A stretch of 44,632 nucleotides of DNA from a phage, in the NCBI GenBank assembly GCA_031490075.1, contig GCA_031490075.1_4354.1; one strand, written 5' to 3'. Positions 44,399 to 44,632 of the stretch are shown here, in pieces (the first letter of the stretch is position 1; every line of letters begins with the position of its first letter). Under the pieces are notes generated by a model. It was given only the letters and a program-made list of their open reading frames with translations, had not been told where the DNA came from and made no database searches. A program made the translations under genes and the position numbers.

Positions 44399-44547
44399 TC
44401 ATTTCTTCTCTCCTGCATAAGCTGCTTTAAGTGTCTGCATCGCAGCGAACCAGAACGCGTCCGCTGGAATGCTGTTGCTCAGGTTACTAACTGCGATGCG
44501 CGCCATCAGTTGCGCGTCTTTGAATGCTTCGGTATCTGTGATTTTCA
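44399..44547 (-). CDS. Hypothetical small protein (49 aa)
   Basis: GGAG SD upstream of ATG 44547; first gene after the right-end minus-strand promoter; below the ORF-track cutoff. Confidence 0.35.
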
Positions 44548-44581
44548 TTTTCTCTACTCCGTTCTCGTTGTCGATGAAGTA

Positions 44582-44610
44582 AATATAATAGGGTCGAGGA
44601 TAATAGTCAA
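44582..44610 (-). promoter_or_regulatory. Sigma70-like promoter (TTGACT-N17-TATATT on minus strand)
   Basis: Consensus-like hexamers with 17-bp spacing reading leftward into the small-gene block. Confidence 0.5.
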
Positions 44611-44632
44611 CTAGTCATCACAGAAAATAGAT

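Noticed and set aside
1-44632. tRNA genes, CRISPR arrays, 7-deazaguanine (queuosine-type) modification genes
   Set aside because: Looked for cloverleaf-sized conserved segments, regularly spaced repeats and the characteristic biosynthesis enzymes; none recognised by eye. A tRNA scan would be needed to exclude tRNAs formally.

Overview
The window reads as a genome-scale segment (possibly a near-complete genome) of a tailed dsDNA phage with a long non-contractile, lambda/T1-style tail module; an enterobacterial host is inferred from sigma70-consensus promoters, Shine-Dalgarno spacing and a P22 gp19-like lysozyme. No tRNA, rRNA, CRISPR array or integrase was recognised. Layout: (i) 1-3.4 kb, minus-strand small genes plus a holin/endolysin cassette; (ii) 3.8-16.5 kb, plus-strand early/replication module (HTH regulator, RecA-like replication ATPase, Cas4-like nuclease, SSB-like protein, family A DNA polymerase, VRR-NUC, C5-methyltransferase-like protein, SF2 helicase, Toprim protein), with one divergently transcribed XRE-family regulator; (iii) 16.5-42.7 kb, minus-strand late module (tailspike, tail tip, tape measure, chaperones, major tail, neck, capsid, scaffold, spanins, head morphogenesis, portal, terminase); (iv) 42.8-44.6 kb, minus-strand small genes. 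The late module is interrupted by four plus-strand insert units, each with its own promoter and hairpin terminator: a GIY-YIG-like endonuclease, a membrane protein/phosphoesterase/HAD phosphatase/P-loop kinase cassette, a lipoprotein unit and a KilA-N gene. The strongest signals are a palindrome (AATAG-N4-CTATT) embedded in at least eight promoters on both strands, and a metallophosphoesterase gene whose catalytic motifs straddle an in-frame amber codon. All family assignments are from motif recognition by eye, without database searches; coordinates of starts were refined by hand where an ATGA overlap or SD sequence supported it.
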